Virus record (IMG/VR): IMGVR_UViG_3300005613_000011
Location: 1 to 64,000 of that record
Strand: one strand, 5' to 3'
DNA: 64,000 bases
Source: a virus
Position numbers and translations under genes: made by a program. The notes beneath the pieces were generated by a model that did no database searches, was not told where the DNA came from, and saw only the letters and a list, made by a program, of their open reading frames with translations. How positions within the stretch are numbered: the stretch's first letter is position 1; each line of letters begins with the position of its first letter. Below are positions 47,601-58,291 of the stretch, in pieces.

Positions 47601-49419
47601 TTCTGGTTCGTATTTGTTTACCGGAGATACAGATGATTTTTCAGTGAACTTAAATGACCCACAACGATCTTTATTTGAAGCAGCAGCCGCAGCCCAAGCC
47701 GCAAATACTAGTGTTGGAGAATCTGTGCCTGAAGGAGGATGGATATTGAGAAATTGTATTACGCCTGTTATCACGCACCTAAGACTCGTTTCTGTTCCTT
47801 TCCACGAAGACGCGTGGAGGCCAAAAGATGATGGCATGGATGTTAGTAAACATGTTTTGAAGTTTGATGATTCGTGGTCAGCTCAAGACTTTATTACGGC
47901 GGAACATTCAGGTTCTATTTCTTTTATTATCAACAACGGTAAAGAAGTAGAAGGAAGCGAAGCAAGTAGTTTACCATATTCGGAAGAACTAGAAGCGATG
48001 AAAGATAAGGCTTTTTATATTGAAGTGTGGGCTGGGTATGATAATTGCAGCTATACGTTTGGAGATATCACAGAGGGTTCTGAACCATTGTATTATAAAC
48101 TATTTACTGGTATCTGTTTTGGCGGGACAATTACACAAGAACCTATGATCAGGAAGATGGAGTGCAAGATAGTTGATTATTCTAGAATATTAAAAGACAC
48201 TCTTTTCTTCAATTCGCCGTTTTTCGACGGGATGAGAGATGCAAATGCTGTTTACGAGATATTGAGAATGGCAGCATTTAAAGAGTTTGGTGTTGGTGCT
48301 GGCGAACAGTCTGGAGATCTAGGGCAGGGACAGGGAACATACGGAGCTACCGATCCCGCATCTTTAGTTAGTTCTTGTTGCAATAATACAGGTGGATATA
48401 TTTCTCCAACATGCGATCATAGAAGTTATGAATACGAAGAATATGCTCTTCCTTTCAGTTATAGCAGATTACAAAATCCTTTCTTCAGATTCAAAGACGG
48501 TTCGAAATTATATGATGCGATTGTTGGATTTGCTAAAAGAGGAGACAAAATGATGTTTTTTGATGCCTTTGGCGGGTTCCACTATCAATCGTCAATAGGT
48601 ATCAAGATGGCATCTCTTACCAACGAAGAATTAGGCAAGTATGCCATATGGAAATTCAGGACGACTGATACAAAAGATATTGATGATGAAACCGGGGAAC
48701 AAACAGCATGGCAATATGTGTTTAACGTTATGACTAAAGAAAGCTCTGTCGAAGATGTATATAACAATATTCACGTAGTGACATCTACTCCTAATTTTGA
48801 AGTTATTTTGGGAGACAGAGTAAATTGGGACTCAATAACAGATCCGTCTATTAAAGGTTTTCTTGGATATACAAAAACTGTATTTCAACAAGAATCTACT
48901 TTTGGTAGAGCAGAAGCTCTGAAAAATATAATGGACAGGTATAAGGCTGTTTGGGTTCCTCCTCTTGTTTACAAATTCGAAACTTATGGTCAACCATTAA
49001 GAATTTTCGATGTTGCCAGCATAGATGACAAAAATATATTGGTAACGAGTATTTCGTCTGAAATAGATCCTAATGCTAATAGGTGGTGGCAAAACATACA
49101 AGGCGAATATTTTGGAGTTAGTCCAACCATCACAGGCAAAGAAGGGACAAAAAGAGATGATGAAAACGGTGTGCAGGAAGATATTTCTGACAATCCTCTT
49201 AGGAGAATAGCAGATGATGCCTATGAAAATGTTTTGTCTGCCGCTTCTGCCGTATCTAATGCCGCTGGTGGGGTATTAGGGACTTTGAGCAACTTGACAA
49301 AGATGACATTGGATGCTCGTAACGCTATTTCGCAAGATGGTGCCATGGTTCGTGTTACTAAGTCAGGATATGGTATTATTGTCATGGAAAACAACACTGG
49401 ATCTAAACCTCTTTTTTAA
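44662..49419 (+). CDS. Large tail-tip/baseplate hub-like protein (1585 aa)
   Basis: C-terminal hub-like motifs YIEVWAGY, KLFTG, MECKIVDYSRILKD, MFFDAFGGFHY and DVYNNIHV. Confidence 0.7.
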   Translation: MADDKYLLGDDYITNDITQIKQVKSTFTKDANGNLETVKNYNAGRVRLKCYINRYCPVTKGRHTNYGLVFSSNTLRSVPDEVLKNFSFVPGLEGLFLRPRVNYRSNFIVYPVKPEITEIPINQAIGKGQVNYQKIQTYTYSLFRNGFPDYTEYQTWVAVPSPIDGKKSPPESDYVCDNDCPSDQSRARWMYTPLPRPTDSDNNNEEDKDKSQEPDDSYVLFPSQMASAPLILEELIDPPTKEELEEQQKEYDKKADDFLKSKGGEEYSDRLDKLTDEEEAELVKFIEDNMSVDLLYDFLKKNGEDLSTTPQQMALLDMYKEAMTNKGGPIPLEAERQTKEQYYKENERMAKEYGKWLRSNPRTSSIFNSDGTFNPRTAEQESLIIDWMANNYSPANLNYEVDNGYNPAPQALAIQKARHENKIKEAGGVAGYAASSGAINDIKNAATMTHEDWVKELKEVNNRFANGTAIFDSAKQKEDYDNRGSSEELTQAEKETIADVWANNYSSGFLNDLIKSKEKVLKETGDNKDRIKLQLGKMALEKQMEKARKKIIEEKLKKRQPIHWRLKKKTPLFKGQDFFFEFRKISVEKDIKNVDSKEFVDKSYNFMDVNFQGDTSLSITEGKVTGHPPINQSVVEYKKKVTKSEDFVGIEYEKVEDSIKFLDLNRQPYLILEMKGTGGHYLFVFAEKYNPICFKVVDIPNGENGSVKVSYLLSTYKDVVGKQLFSGDGFTMSVRNHLGRIVVTFGSLEGNPWIIDNLEKRTDTNEDVIFRTPANCELYLWGGSYAIAFSFGPLQYNKSATISLPPNPKKSTGSADEVDNDEPGFTVTDLGIGSHHIVLSTSDMIPQKFNKGRYKRVTYYVGGSSETDVGDDMYLQTSKHFYGCDAQEIQEVYFTKGNTEPQIFKKGLSNALEGCKFTNTDDYIKDWEVSTLISPSKIYINAAIVPNSLGTTNSNLGLSYQDLEKNNKNLKTFATSVELSSGSYLFTGDTDDFSVNLNDPQRSLFEAAAAAQAANTSVGESVPEGGWILRNCITPVITHLRLVSVPFHEDAWRPKDDGMDVSKHVLKFDDSWSAQDFITAEHSGSISFIINNGKEVEGSEASSLPYSEELEAMKDKAFYIEVWAGYDNCSYTFGDITEGSEPLYYKLFTGICFGGTITQEPMIRKMECKIVDYSRILKDTLFFNSPFFDGMRDANAVYEILRMAAFKEFGVGAGEQSGDLGQGQGTYGATDPASLVSSCCNNTGGYISPTCDHRSYEYEEYALPFSYSRLQNPFFRFKDGSKLYDAIVGFAKRGDKMMFFDAFGGFHYQSSIGIKMASLTNEELGKYAIWKFRTTDTKDIDDETGEQTAWQYVFNVMTKESSVEDVYNNIHVVTSTPNFEVILGDRVNWDSITDPSIKGFLGYTKTVFQQESTFGRAEALKNIMDRYKAVWVPPLVYKFETYGQPLRIFDVASIDDKNILVTSISSEIDPNANRWWQNIQGEYFGVSPTITGKEGTKRDDENGVQEDISDNPLRRIADDAYENVLSAASAVSNAAGGVLGTLSNLTKMTLDARNAISQDGAMVRVTKSGYGIIVMENNTGSKPLF

Positions 49420-49556
49420 AGAGGTGAGCGGGAAATCACTGTAGATTTAGCATAAGGATGAAAGCAAACGAAAATTTAGTCTCGCCTAATGCCGATAAGT
49501 TTCTAAGAAAAACAATTAAAAGGATTTAGTTAGTTAAAAAAGGAAAATTAAATTAA

Positions 49557-49763
49557 ATGTCCATTGAAAACTCACTTGAAATTTTTGCTAGGCGAAATCT
49601 TGAATCTGTTAGAAGTGAAATTAGCAGTAATGATGTTATGGATGATGTTTTGAAAATGGCAGATGGTTGGAGAGAACTGGGTCTTTTTATGACTGGTGGT
49701 TGCACTAATGTTTCCGGTAATTTTGCCAAGATAGGTCAAGGAGGAAAGGTTGTAGGAAGGTAA
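49557..49763 (+). CDS. Small hypothetical tail protein
   Basis: 68 aa, AAGGA RBS. Confidence 0.6.
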   Translation: MSIENSLEIFARRNLESVRSEISSNDVMDDVLKMADGWRELGLFMTGGCTNVSGNFAKIGQGGKVVGR

Positions 49764-49764
49764 T

Positions 49765-49912
49765 GTCAACTATATACTTCTTAAGTGAAGAGGCTTGTAA
49801 GAGTCTAAGTTGACCAGACCACTAACAGGAGAATAAAAGTTGTTAGTAAACGATAAGGAAGAAATTAGAAACGAAAGGATGACAGCCACTCTTTTTTAAA
49901 AAGAGTTTTGTT
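49765..49912 (+). mobile_element. Internally deleted IscB-type (HEARO/omegaRNA) element
   Basis: GTCAACTA..GGCTTG..GTTGACCAGACCACTAAC..GTTAGTAAACGATA is a canonical iscB omegaRNA 5-prime end; followed by ATAAA, a plausible 3-prime TAM. Confidence 0.75.
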
Positions 49913-49922
49913 ATAAAGTAAT

Positions 49923-51563
49923 ATGCCTGGATTCACTCAATGGTACAATCTCGCATACTTTGATTTTGGAGATGAGCTTGATACTACTATCAACGCTCAG
50001 CTAGAAGCGGATCGTTTTGTCACAATAGACAGACAGATGTATGGGTTGTACAGGATCTTTGGAGATGGAGTTATAAGCGGTTGGGAGGTATACAATAATG
50101 GTTATAGCGAGTCTAATGGCATATCTATAGGCATAACAAACGGGGTAGGCGTTATAAGATATACTGCTGTAGAAACAGATGCTCCTTATTTTATCAATTC
50201 GTTAGTTCCTAATTCTGTTATTTATATATACGCTTTACCGCTATCTAGTTCGTCAAGCACTAGAGGCGTTGAATTTATAGCGAGTCTTACGGAACTGTCT
50301 GGTTTTGTTGTCAGAATAGCAACCATTATAACAGAAAATACTGGTATTAGTACTATAGATAATACCGTAAGAGACTATATTGCTTTTGAACGCAATATAT
50401 TAAATGTTATTAACAACCACACTCACAGAAACAGCATCACAAAAATAAATCTATCAACTGAAACGAAAGGCGTTCTGCCTGGTTCTAAGATAGATGGTTT
50501 TGATGTTGATAAACTGGAAACAGGCAGGCTAGATTCTGAAAGAATACCTGTTTTAGACCATAACGATCTGGAAAACGCAGGGAACCTTACCCATGCACAA
50601 ATAGATAGTGTTATAGAGACTATCAGCGACAATAATCTTGGTCTTCTCGGAGAAGTGGCAACAGTTAACTTGTTGAGGCAAATTATATTTTTGCGTTACA
50701 GGTACGACAATGCCGATCAATATTTTGTAAACGAGCTTGTTATCATTCCTGGTTTTTCTACCTCTAGACATATTGATTATAATTCAAGTTCTGCTCTTAT
50801 CGATGAAGATAATAGTTGTATAATAGGCTATCCTGTTGGTAGCTCGTATACTTACTTTTTTACACAAAATTTCACATTGCCTGCCAGAGCTACAAAAGCT
50901 ATAATAACGAGTAATAAGTCTGTTCCTTCTGATTCATCTATCGTGTTTGGTGTCAATACCACAAATTCCATTGATTTTGATAATTATACAACTGTTACAG
51001 AGGATTCGGTTACAGACATTCCTTTAGGGGGAACAAGCATAAGAGTAGGAATACAGTTTTGCTGGACAGGCACTGTTCCTGATTTTAGCGATTCTGAAGA
51101 TACTTTCAGTGATTTTGTTTATTTCTTCTTTGAGAATACGGCAGCAGAACAGGAGTTTCATTTCAGAGTAAGATTTTACGATTCATATGATGGCACGAAT
51201 GTTAGCGGGTTGTTATTGACAGCGGAAAGCAGGACAGATCAGGAAAGGTGGTTTGTAACAGACGAAGACCAGACATTTACTGATGCTATGCCATGTTGCG
51301 GATATGAGGTTGATACAAACCAGGAAATAGTAGTGAATTATTATCCTGATTTATCAAGATTTTTATTTAATAAGAGATATTACGTCATTGTAGACGTGTG
51401 GGACGGAGATTCCTACACGCTTGCTTCGGACGTTTCTACGTTTAGGGTAGCAGGTGGCAGTGTTGTTGATTTATGCACTAAGTATGATTATCTCCCAATA
51501 GTAAAGAATTTTGGTATTATGTTCGAGCTAGAAAACGGTCAACATGTAACGTTGAATATATAG
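49923..51563 (+). CDS. Baseplate/tail fibre-associated protein
   Basis: N-terminus (RF..ID.Q.....GDGVI.GW.V) is paralogous to the next gene; HNDL..LTHAQID motif. Confidence 0.75.
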   Translation: MPGFTQWYNLAYFDFGDELDTTINAQLEADRFVTIDRQMYGLYRIFGDGVISGWEVYNNGYSESNGISIGITNGVGVIRYTAVETDAPYFINSLVPNSVIYIYALPLSSSSSTRGVEFIASLTELSGFVVRIATIITENTGISTIDNTVRDYIAFERNILNVINNHTHRNSITKINLSTETKGVLPGSKIDGFDVDKLETGRLDSERIPVLDHNDLENAGNLTHAQIDSVIETISDNNLGLLGEVATVNLLRQIIFLRYRYDNADQYFVNELVIIPGFSTSRHIDYNSSSALIDEDNSCIIGYPVGSSYTYFFTQNFTLPARATKAIITSNKSVPSDSSIVFGVNTTNSIDFDNYTTVTEDSVTDIPLGGTSIRVGIQFCWTGTVPDFSDSEDTFSDFVYFFFENTAAEQEFHFRVRFYDSYDGTNVSGLLLTAESRTDQERWFVTDEDQTFTDAMPCCGYEVDTNQEIVVNYYPDLSRFLFNKRYYVIVDVWDGDSYTLASDVSTFRVAGGSVVDLCTKYDYLPIVKNFGIMFELENGQHVTLNI

Positions 51564-51566
51564 AAA

Positions 51567-54500
51567 GTGCCAATTAATACAAGATATTATGGTTTGACAG
51601 CATTCTCTTTGAATGATGTTTATAGTGCAAGTGCTGATCTTGTTCGTTTCAATATTATTGATAGTCAATTATCCTCTTTGTCGTCATTTGTTGGAGATGG
51701 GGTTATATATGGTTGGGATGTCAGGGATGTAAGCCCGTCAGGCAGTTTAATCATTGAAGTTACTGCTGGTATTGGCATATCTGACAGGATAGTGTACAGA
51801 ACTTTTGGAGATATACGTTATACTGTTGCTGATAATACTTCTGTCTATGTTTATATGCAGAAAAAATTCAACTATATTGGAGGGTTTAGTCCTTTCTCCA
51901 ATATAGTAACAATTCAATATGAAGACAATTTTCCTCCTCCTCCCCCTTCTTCTATTACTGTTGTGGGTTGGGATTACAATTTTGTAAGCATTAGTTGGGA
52001 TTCTATTCCTTCCGAAGAACCAGATTTCAGCCATTATGCTGTTTATAGGAGTACTGATAATTTTGCAACTGAAGCGCAAATAGATACGTCAACAACTAAC
52101 AGTTATACTGATACTACGGTTGTTGAAAATACCATTTACAGATATAGGGTTACATCTGTTGACTTGACAGGGAACGAGAGTAACCCTTCTCCGTCAACAG
52201 GGGATATCACTACTTTAACCAATATCATCCCGCCACTAGATCCGTATTATATTTTGGCATTTCCAGGCGATGAATTTCTTAACATAATGTGGAAGGCATC
52301 GGAATCTGTCAATACACAAAGATATGAACTTTGGATACAAGAGTTAGATGACGAATATAATCCGGTTGGTGGCGTATCTGTAGAATCGTTAAATCCTGAT
52401 GTTCTTAGTTTTAAAATCGAAAATTTAGTCAATGGTGTTTTCTATCGTGTAACATTGTACACTGTTAATAGCAATAATATATATTCTTCTGGTATAAATG
52501 TTATGGAATCTCCAATATCTAATTTTGGACCAGAAGAAGTTTCGTCTATCACTTTGTCTGATGAACAAAACGTTAAGAACCAGTATGGTATAAGGTTGAA
52601 TATTGGATTTGTACCGGGAGTAGATCCTTATAACGAGTTTGTGACAGAAAGATATGTTATAACAATAATCGAAAATGGAGTGATAACATCTGAGCATATT
52701 TATGTATATAATGAAACCTCGCTTTTTGTAGATTTATTTATTGTTAATGGTGGGTATCGTCCATTTTTATCATCTACAGATTATATAGTAAAAATAGAAG
52801 CTGAAGATGAAGAGGGACATCTCAGTAATCCCGTTGTAAACAGGATAGAAACTTCTGAATATATAACACCTGCCGCTCCAACCGGACTTCAATCCAGTCA
52901 AAATAGTGATGGAGATTTAATCTTCTCTTGGATTAATAGCAATAGCGATTTTGATTATAACGAAGTTTCTTTGATAAGGACAAACTTATCGAACGGACAG
53001 GATGTAACTATTGAAGATAAAACTAATTATTTGAAGCAATCTACATATAGAATAGAAAGAGCAGATTTGGCTCTAAATTCAAGGTACACAATTACATTGA
53101 GATCTATTAGCTCTACTGGTATACGCAGCGAACCTGTTAGGACTGGTTTTGATACGCTTGAATCTATAACCGGGACAGCGGACATTCCGACAGGCTTAAC
53201 AGCATTGAGAGGGAATGGATTTGTGAGGTTACAATGGGACAAAGTAACAAGTACTTTTCCTTCTCAGTATAAAATATGGAGAGCACCATATGTAACGTAT
53301 GGATTATCAGCATCTGATTTTAGTTTGGTAGCTACAATCTCTTCTGATTATACCAGTTATGATGATTACACAATTTCTACTGGTGGAAGGTATTATTATT
53401 TTGTTACAACTGTTGACGTGTATGGCAGGGAATCTTTGAATCCTATAGACGACAACTATTTCTTTTATCCACTGGCTTTTGGTTACTACCGACCTGATGA
53501 GTCGCAATCCCAGGTTTCTGATTTGCAGGCCCAGGCCGATGAACACGATGTTATTGTCTCGTGGGCTGAGACCATTGACGAATTTGACGGTTATGAGATT
53601 TGGAGGTCTGATGGGGATGACGCATCTTGGGAAAAAGTAGGAGACGTTTCAAAAGAGTTTACAGTCTTCATAGACGAAAATGCTTTATTGGTTGGTGGCC
53701 AGTATTATTATATGGTTAGAAGATTTCGTAACGAAGGACATCTATTTGTAACAAATTCTTTTGCAGAACCTGTTAATTCTGTTTTACTTGCTATAGTTAC
53801 TGCTAGAAATGGTTCTATTAGTATAAACACTTCGGTTAAAGAAAATGTTGATGTTTTTTCTACTATGCTTGAAAATTTTATTGAGAACGAAGTTACTAAT
53901 CATTCCCATGATTTGGCATCTGATCGTGATTTAAGAATAGATCTTGACAAAAACGTTACTGTTACCGATTCGGATTGGGAAACAACAGATAATATTGTTT
54001 TTACTACGACAAAAGACATCGTCGGGGCATCGGATTATGTAGTATGGCAGGCTGGGGAGATATTGTCTGTGCCATTTGAGGTAGATGCGAATGCCGGTAC
54101 AATAACATTTTCAGAAGTACTAGGTTCTTCTGCTATAACGCTTGAGTGTGTTGGGCTTGATGAGACAAATAATACATTGCCAGGAACCAAGGTTGGTTAT
54201 CCTAGTGCGACGAAAGCATATTCAGGTCGTTTCCCGAAAGAACAATTGCCAGCGATAGATCACGACGGGAGAAAAGAACAAGAATTGTTACCGTTGCAAC
54301 TTCCAATGGTTACTAGTGATGGATACGGTTTCGGAATAGAAGAAAATCAAATATATGCAACAAGAACAGCGAATCTTATTGCAGCAGATATTGGGGAAGA
54401 ACAGGAGATATCTGGAGAAAGTATTGGAAGCTCAATTACATTTTATGATATTGTCGATTTGTCTGAAAATATTAGTAGTGGTTTAAAGAATTGGTTCCCT

Positions 54501-57284
54501 GTTTTTTGGGTTCCTAAAAAATGGGTTCCTCAACGTTGGTTCCCAGGTTCTGAAGAAGAGATTGTTTTTAGACTTAATGATACATCTTCTGTAGCTGCTG
54601 CTACGAGCAGGGGTTTATTGAGGTGGGGTGGTTCTGATTGGGAGGTCGCTATGGAGACGGATAGTGCTCCTCATAGAATCTATTATGCTTCCTCAATTGA
54701 AAAGTATTTTGCTTTAACAGGAACGTCTGTTTATGTCAGCAATGACGGACTCACATGGGTGCAATGTCTGGGATTTGACGGGATCTCTGTGGTTAGAGAT
54801 ATTACAGAGGATAGCAATAATAATGTTTTTGTTACAACGGACAGGGGTGTATATAAAACTAACGAAACAGATCCATTTGCCGAGTATTTGTTTTGGGAAC
54901 AAACATCACAAGTAGATTCTCTTACTTCCAATACTTATGCGATATGGAACGATATTACTAATAGTAGAATTGTAGTATCTGCTGAAAACGGATTATTCTC
55001 AACAGTAGATGATGGGAGTACCTGGAATGCAATTGTAGAGATAGATTCTGACGAAATGGTACAGTCGTTTCTCAGGGAAGGTGATTTAGTTTATGCTTTA
55101 ACAAATAGTAGTGTTTGGAGGAAGCGTGTTACTGATGGAGAGTTTGAAGCGATAGCCTCTTTAAATTCTGTTGCTGCCAGGAAGATATTAATATTCGAAG
55201 ACAGGCTATGGATTACGACTAATGTTGGATTGTTGGTTTCTGATAGTAGCAGCAACATATATACGGACTCAATTATTAGTTTGCAAGAGAGTATTCCAGG
55301 TATTAATTTTACACATGTGCCAGTTCCTGTTACTTCTTTAAACAGGAACAGTACATCTATAATTATAGGCACTGATTCTAAAATATTTACCGGGACCGAC
55401 ACGGAGAAGGTCTCAGTCCTTTATGACGATACTTCTTCCACTATCCCGACTATATTTGTTAATTATGAGATGTATGATATTGGTTTTACTTATTATACTG
55501 TTACCAATACTGTAAGGTTTGATCATTTTATCCCTCACGATTCTGTTGTCACTGTTGCCAATCAATACCAACACTACAGGGCCAGAAACAAGGGTTGGTT
55601 GGACAAGAGATATGACGCTGATTTAACTGTTTATCGGAACGGGCTTTTGTTGGCAAATGTTTCTGGAGATGATGCTCCTGCCGTTGCTTCGCTTTTGAAT
55701 GTGGAATTTGAAGACTTTACCGAGATCGATTCTTATGTTAGTGGAGCTGAAGAACAGCAGGAACAGTTTAATACTGATGTCGATAATCTTGTTGCTGCTC
55801 AAGAGCAGGGAGTGACAGATCTACAGCCTTATATTTCTGACGCAGTTGATTCTTATAACAAGGTTTATTCCAACGTTCACGGCAGGGTCAGGTTTGTTTC
55901 TGTTGAAGAGATAGATGATGAGAGTTACGTTATTTTTGAATACCAGAAAATACCTTTCGATTTTTATCCTCAAATGTTGTCAGACTATGAAACAGTCCCT
56001 GAGATTCCCGACGTTCTCGCATCTGATGCTGATGGTGTTGTTAGTTGTAATGTGGTTAGCGGTGTTTTTAGTTTTTTGAGTTCTTACAATAAATATGATT
56101 TTTTGACGATTGACTTGAGAAATACAGCGTTTGGAGAGGACTTGGATAACAATCATCGAGAAATAGAAAACGGTTTGCAGTTGATCAACTCAGGCTTGTC
56201 TATGTCTATGGGCGAAGTCCAAGAGTCTAACTTGCTGAAAATGGGATTGTTTTTTGAAAGAGTGTGGACAGGAGATCAATGGGAAGTTGATGAATGTTTC
56301 TTGCCTATGCTTGCTACCTACAATCTCAGGTATAATCTAACTACGAATAATAGCTGGTACGATGTTTTGAATTCAACAGTTGATTATGCGGTACATGTTG
56401 ACTATGACGATGTTGGTTTTGATTTTGATTATCCAACAGCCGTTTATTATGAATCTAATATTGGGAAGGTTTTGGTTGGTTGCAGGACTGGTGTTATAAC
56501 AGTTGATACTACCGATTATTCGTTGGAGGTTTTGGATTTTAACGATTCCAAACAAGAATTTGTTAGAGAAATAAAAACATATGATAATATTTTGTATATT
56601 TTGACTGATGATAATTTGTATAGAAGTTCTGATCACGGTATCAATTGGTCGAGAGAGGAGTTACCTAATTTGAGTGGAAAGTTTTTACAATTTTCTAAGT
56701 TCAGGAACTTCTTTATTATTGCTACTGACAATGGTGTTTATTACAAGAGCCTGGTAGATGATTATTGGTATAGGTCTCTTGTGAATTCTGAGATAACTAA
56801 AATACACAGCGGGACGTATCTAGTCGCTATCAAGGACGGAGACAAGGTTTACTATAGTTCAAATGCTGTTGATTGGGTTTCTGGCGGTACTTTACTGGAT
56901 AATGTCAGGGTAAATGCTATAGAGTCGTATAACGGCTTGTTGCTGCTTGCTACAGATCAAGGATTGAGGTATGATAATTCTACGTTTTATAGTGATGCTG
57001 CCGCTACTTCTTTAATTGATGTAGCTGTCGATTTTGATATATCGGTCGCTCTGGAGTTCAACGATGTGGCTGTAAAGTCTATTGATGGCGATCACGTTGG
57101 TGGAACTAGCGACGGTAATTATTATGTTTGGAACGGGTCTAGTTATAGCAGAACTGTTACGGACTTGGAATCTATACATAAGATAATTTATGTTAACGAT
57201 GAATATTGGGCGTTTGGATATGATAGTGTTTGGATATCATCTATTAGTCATTCGATAAAAATAACACTGGGAGTTCCTTTTTAA
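51567..57284 (+). CDS. Giant tail fibre/adhesin with FN3 repeats and Asp-box beta-propellers (1905 aa)
   Basis: FN3 signatures (YAVYRS..YRYRVTSVD..GNES); SNDGLTW, STVDDGSTW and SSDHGINW boxes. Confidence 0.88.
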   Translation: MPINTRYYGLTAFSLNDVYSASADLVRFNIIDSQLSSLSSFVGDGVIYGWDVRDVSPSGSLIIEVTAGIGISDRIVYRTFGDIRYTVADNTSVYVYMQKKFNYIGGFSPFSNIVTIQYEDNFPPPPPSSITVVGWDYNFVSISWDSIPSEEPDFSHYAVYRSTDNFATEAQIDTSTTNSYTDTTVVENTIYRYRVTSVDLTGNESNPSPSTGDITTLTNIIPPLDPYYILAFPGDEFLNIMWKASESVNTQRYELWIQELDDEYNPVGGVSVESLNPDVLSFKIENLVNGVFYRVTLYTVNSNNIYSSGINVMESPISNFGPEEVSSITLSDEQNVKNQYGIRLNIGFVPGVDPYNEFVTERYVITIIENGVITSEHIYVYNETSLFVDLFIVNGGYRPFLSSTDYIVKIEAEDEEGHLSNPVVNRIETSEYITPAAPTGLQSSQNSDGDLIFSWINSNSDFDYNEVSLIRTNLSNGQDVTIEDKTNYLKQSTYRIERADLALNSRYTITLRSISSTGIRSEPVRTGFDTLESITGTADIPTGLTALRGNGFVRLQWDKVTSTFPSQYKIWRAPYVTYGLSASDFSLVATISSDYTSYDDYTISTGGRYYYFVTTVDVYGRESLNPIDDNYFFYPLAFGYYRPDESQSQVSDLQAQADEHDVIVSWAETIDEFDGYEIWRSDGDDASWEKVGDVSKEFTVFIDENALLVGGQYYYMVRRFRNEGHLFVTNSFAEPVNSVLLAIVTARNGSISINTSVKENVDVFSTMLENFIENEVTNHSHDLASDRDLRIDLDKNVTVTDSDWETTDNIVFTTTKDIVGASDYVVWQAGEILSVPFEVDANAGTITFSEVLGSSAITLECVGLDETNNTLPGTKVGYPSATKAYSGRFPKEQLPAIDHDGRKEQELLPLQLPMVTSDGYGFGIEENQIYATRTANLIAADIGEEQEISGESIGSSITFYDIVDLSENISSGLKNWFPVFWVPKKWVPQRWFPGSEEEIVFRLNDTSSVAAATSRGLLRWGGSDWEVAMETDSAPHRIYYASSIEKYFALTGTSVYVSNDGLTWVQCLGFDGISVVRDITEDSNNNVFVTTDRGVYKTNETDPFAEYLFWEQTSQVDSLTSNTYAIWNDITNSRIVVSAENGLFSTVDDGSTWNAIVEIDSDEMVQSFLREGDLVYALTNSSVWRKRVTDGEFEAIASLNSVAARKILIFEDRLWITTNVGLLVSDSSSNIYTDSIISLQESIPGINFTHVPVPVTSLNRNSTSIIIGTDSKIFTGTDTEKVSVLYDDTSSTIPTIFVNYEMYDIGFTYYTVTNTVRFDHFIPHDSVVTVANQYQHYRARNKGWLDKRYDADLTVYRNGLLLANVSGDDAPAVASLLNVEFEDFTEIDSYVSGAEEQQEQFNTDVDNLVAAQEQGVTDLQPYISDAVDSYNKVYSNVHGRVRFVSVEEIDDESYVIFEYQKIPFDFYPQMLSDYETVPEIPDVLASDADGVVSCNVVSGVFSFLSSYNKYDFLTIDLRNTAFGEDLDNNHREIENGLQLINSGLSMSMGEVQESNLLKMGLFFERVWTGDQWEVDECFLPMLATYNLRYNLTTNNSWYDVLNSTVDYAVHVDYDDVGFDFDYPTAVYYESNIGKVLVGCRTGVITVDTTDYSLEVLDFNDSKQEFVREIKTYDNILYILTDDNLYRSSDHGINWSREELPNLSGKFLQFSKFRNFFIIATDNGVYYKSLVDDYWYRSLVNSEITKIHSGTYLVAIKDGDKVYYSSNAVDWVSGGTLLDNVRVNAIESYNGLLLLATDQGLRYDNSTFYSDAAATSLIDVAVDFDISVALEFNDVAVKSIDGDHVGGTSDGNYYVWNGSSYSRTVTDLESIHKIIYVNDEYWAFGYDSVWISSISHSIKITLGVPF

Positions 57285-57298
57285 GGATAAGAATATAA

Positions 57299-58291
57299 AT
57301 GGCAAGTATGTTAGTGGATGGCAAATTGTCTACTGGTACAAATTCAGGTTTAGTCAATGATGGTTGGGCTAATGCAAAACAGGGTGCAGCTGGTCTACAA
57401 ACGGCAATAAACCAGGCAGATGCTGGAGACACGTTGTATCTTGTTAGAACTTTTGCTCTTACTGCTGCAATAGATATAGATATTAATCAGGGCGACGACG
57501 GTTCGCCTATTAGAGTTATTGGATACAATTATAATGAAGGTTCTCCTGTTTTAGATGGTTCAAGAGCGGTAGTTGATGCTAAAGGAACTGTTGCTAATTG
57601 TATTGTTGTTGATGGAAACAATCATTGGATTTGGGAAAATATAGAATTTAAAAATGCTACAGGTTCTAACCTTATAAACAATGCCGTGGATAATTATGCC
57701 AGAGATTGGTTTTTTATAAATTGTATTTCTCATGGTTCAGTATCTGGCGATGGTTGGGGGCCAGGGGATAGTGATTTTTATGATTGCAGATTTTTCTTTT
57801 GTAAAGCTTACGACAACGGAAATGATGGCATAAATATATATAGAGGTACTATTTTTGGTTGTACTATTAATGATAATGGCAGATATGGGATTTATGGGAG
57901 AAAAACAGATACTACAAATTCAGTTATATATAATAATACGAGTTATGGTATATTTTCTGATCTTGGGAATAATGCTGCTTCTATAGATAATTGTGTTTTA
58001 AATAATAATGGTAATGCTGCTATTTATACGGAGGACATAGCATATGTTATTGGATGTAGGATAACGAATCATGCTGTTGGAATTTTAGGAGATGGAGGAT
58101 CTACTGTTTTTAATTTTTGGAACTTTTTTAAAGATAATACGGTTAATAGTAGTAATATTACTGATATCTATACTTTTCGTGGAGAAGATACAAGAATAAC
58201 TAATGGTGTTACTGGTTATACCAATGTTAATAACGATAATTTTAATTTAATGCCTGATGCTGCTGGAAGGCGTAAAGAAATAGAGATTTAA
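57299..58291 (+). CDS. Right-handed beta-helix protein
   Basis: LQTAINQADAGDTLYL; repeated C...NN...GI; paralogue of 18837-20195. Confidence 0.85.
   Translation: MASMLVDGKLSTGTNSGLVNDGWANAKQGAAGLQTAINQADAGDTLYLVRTFALTAAIDIDINQGDDGSPIRVIGYNYNEGSPVLDGSRAVVDAKGTVANCIVVDGNNHWIWENIEFKNATGSNLINNAVDNYARDWFFINCISHGSVSGDGWGPGDSDFYDCRFFFCKAYDNGNDGINIYRGTIFGCTINDNGRYGIYGRKTDTTNSVIYNNTSYGIFSDLGNNAASIDNCVLNNNGNAAIYTEDIAYVIGCRITNHAVGILGDGGSTVFNFWNFFKDNTVNSSNITDIYTFRGEDTRITNGVTGYTNVNNDNFNLMPDAAGRRKEIEI

Noticed and set aside
49425-49470. Possible degenerate IS605 left end (GAGCGGGAAATC..GGATGAAAGC)
   Set aside because: The hairpin is poorly paired and no matching right end was found; too weak to call.
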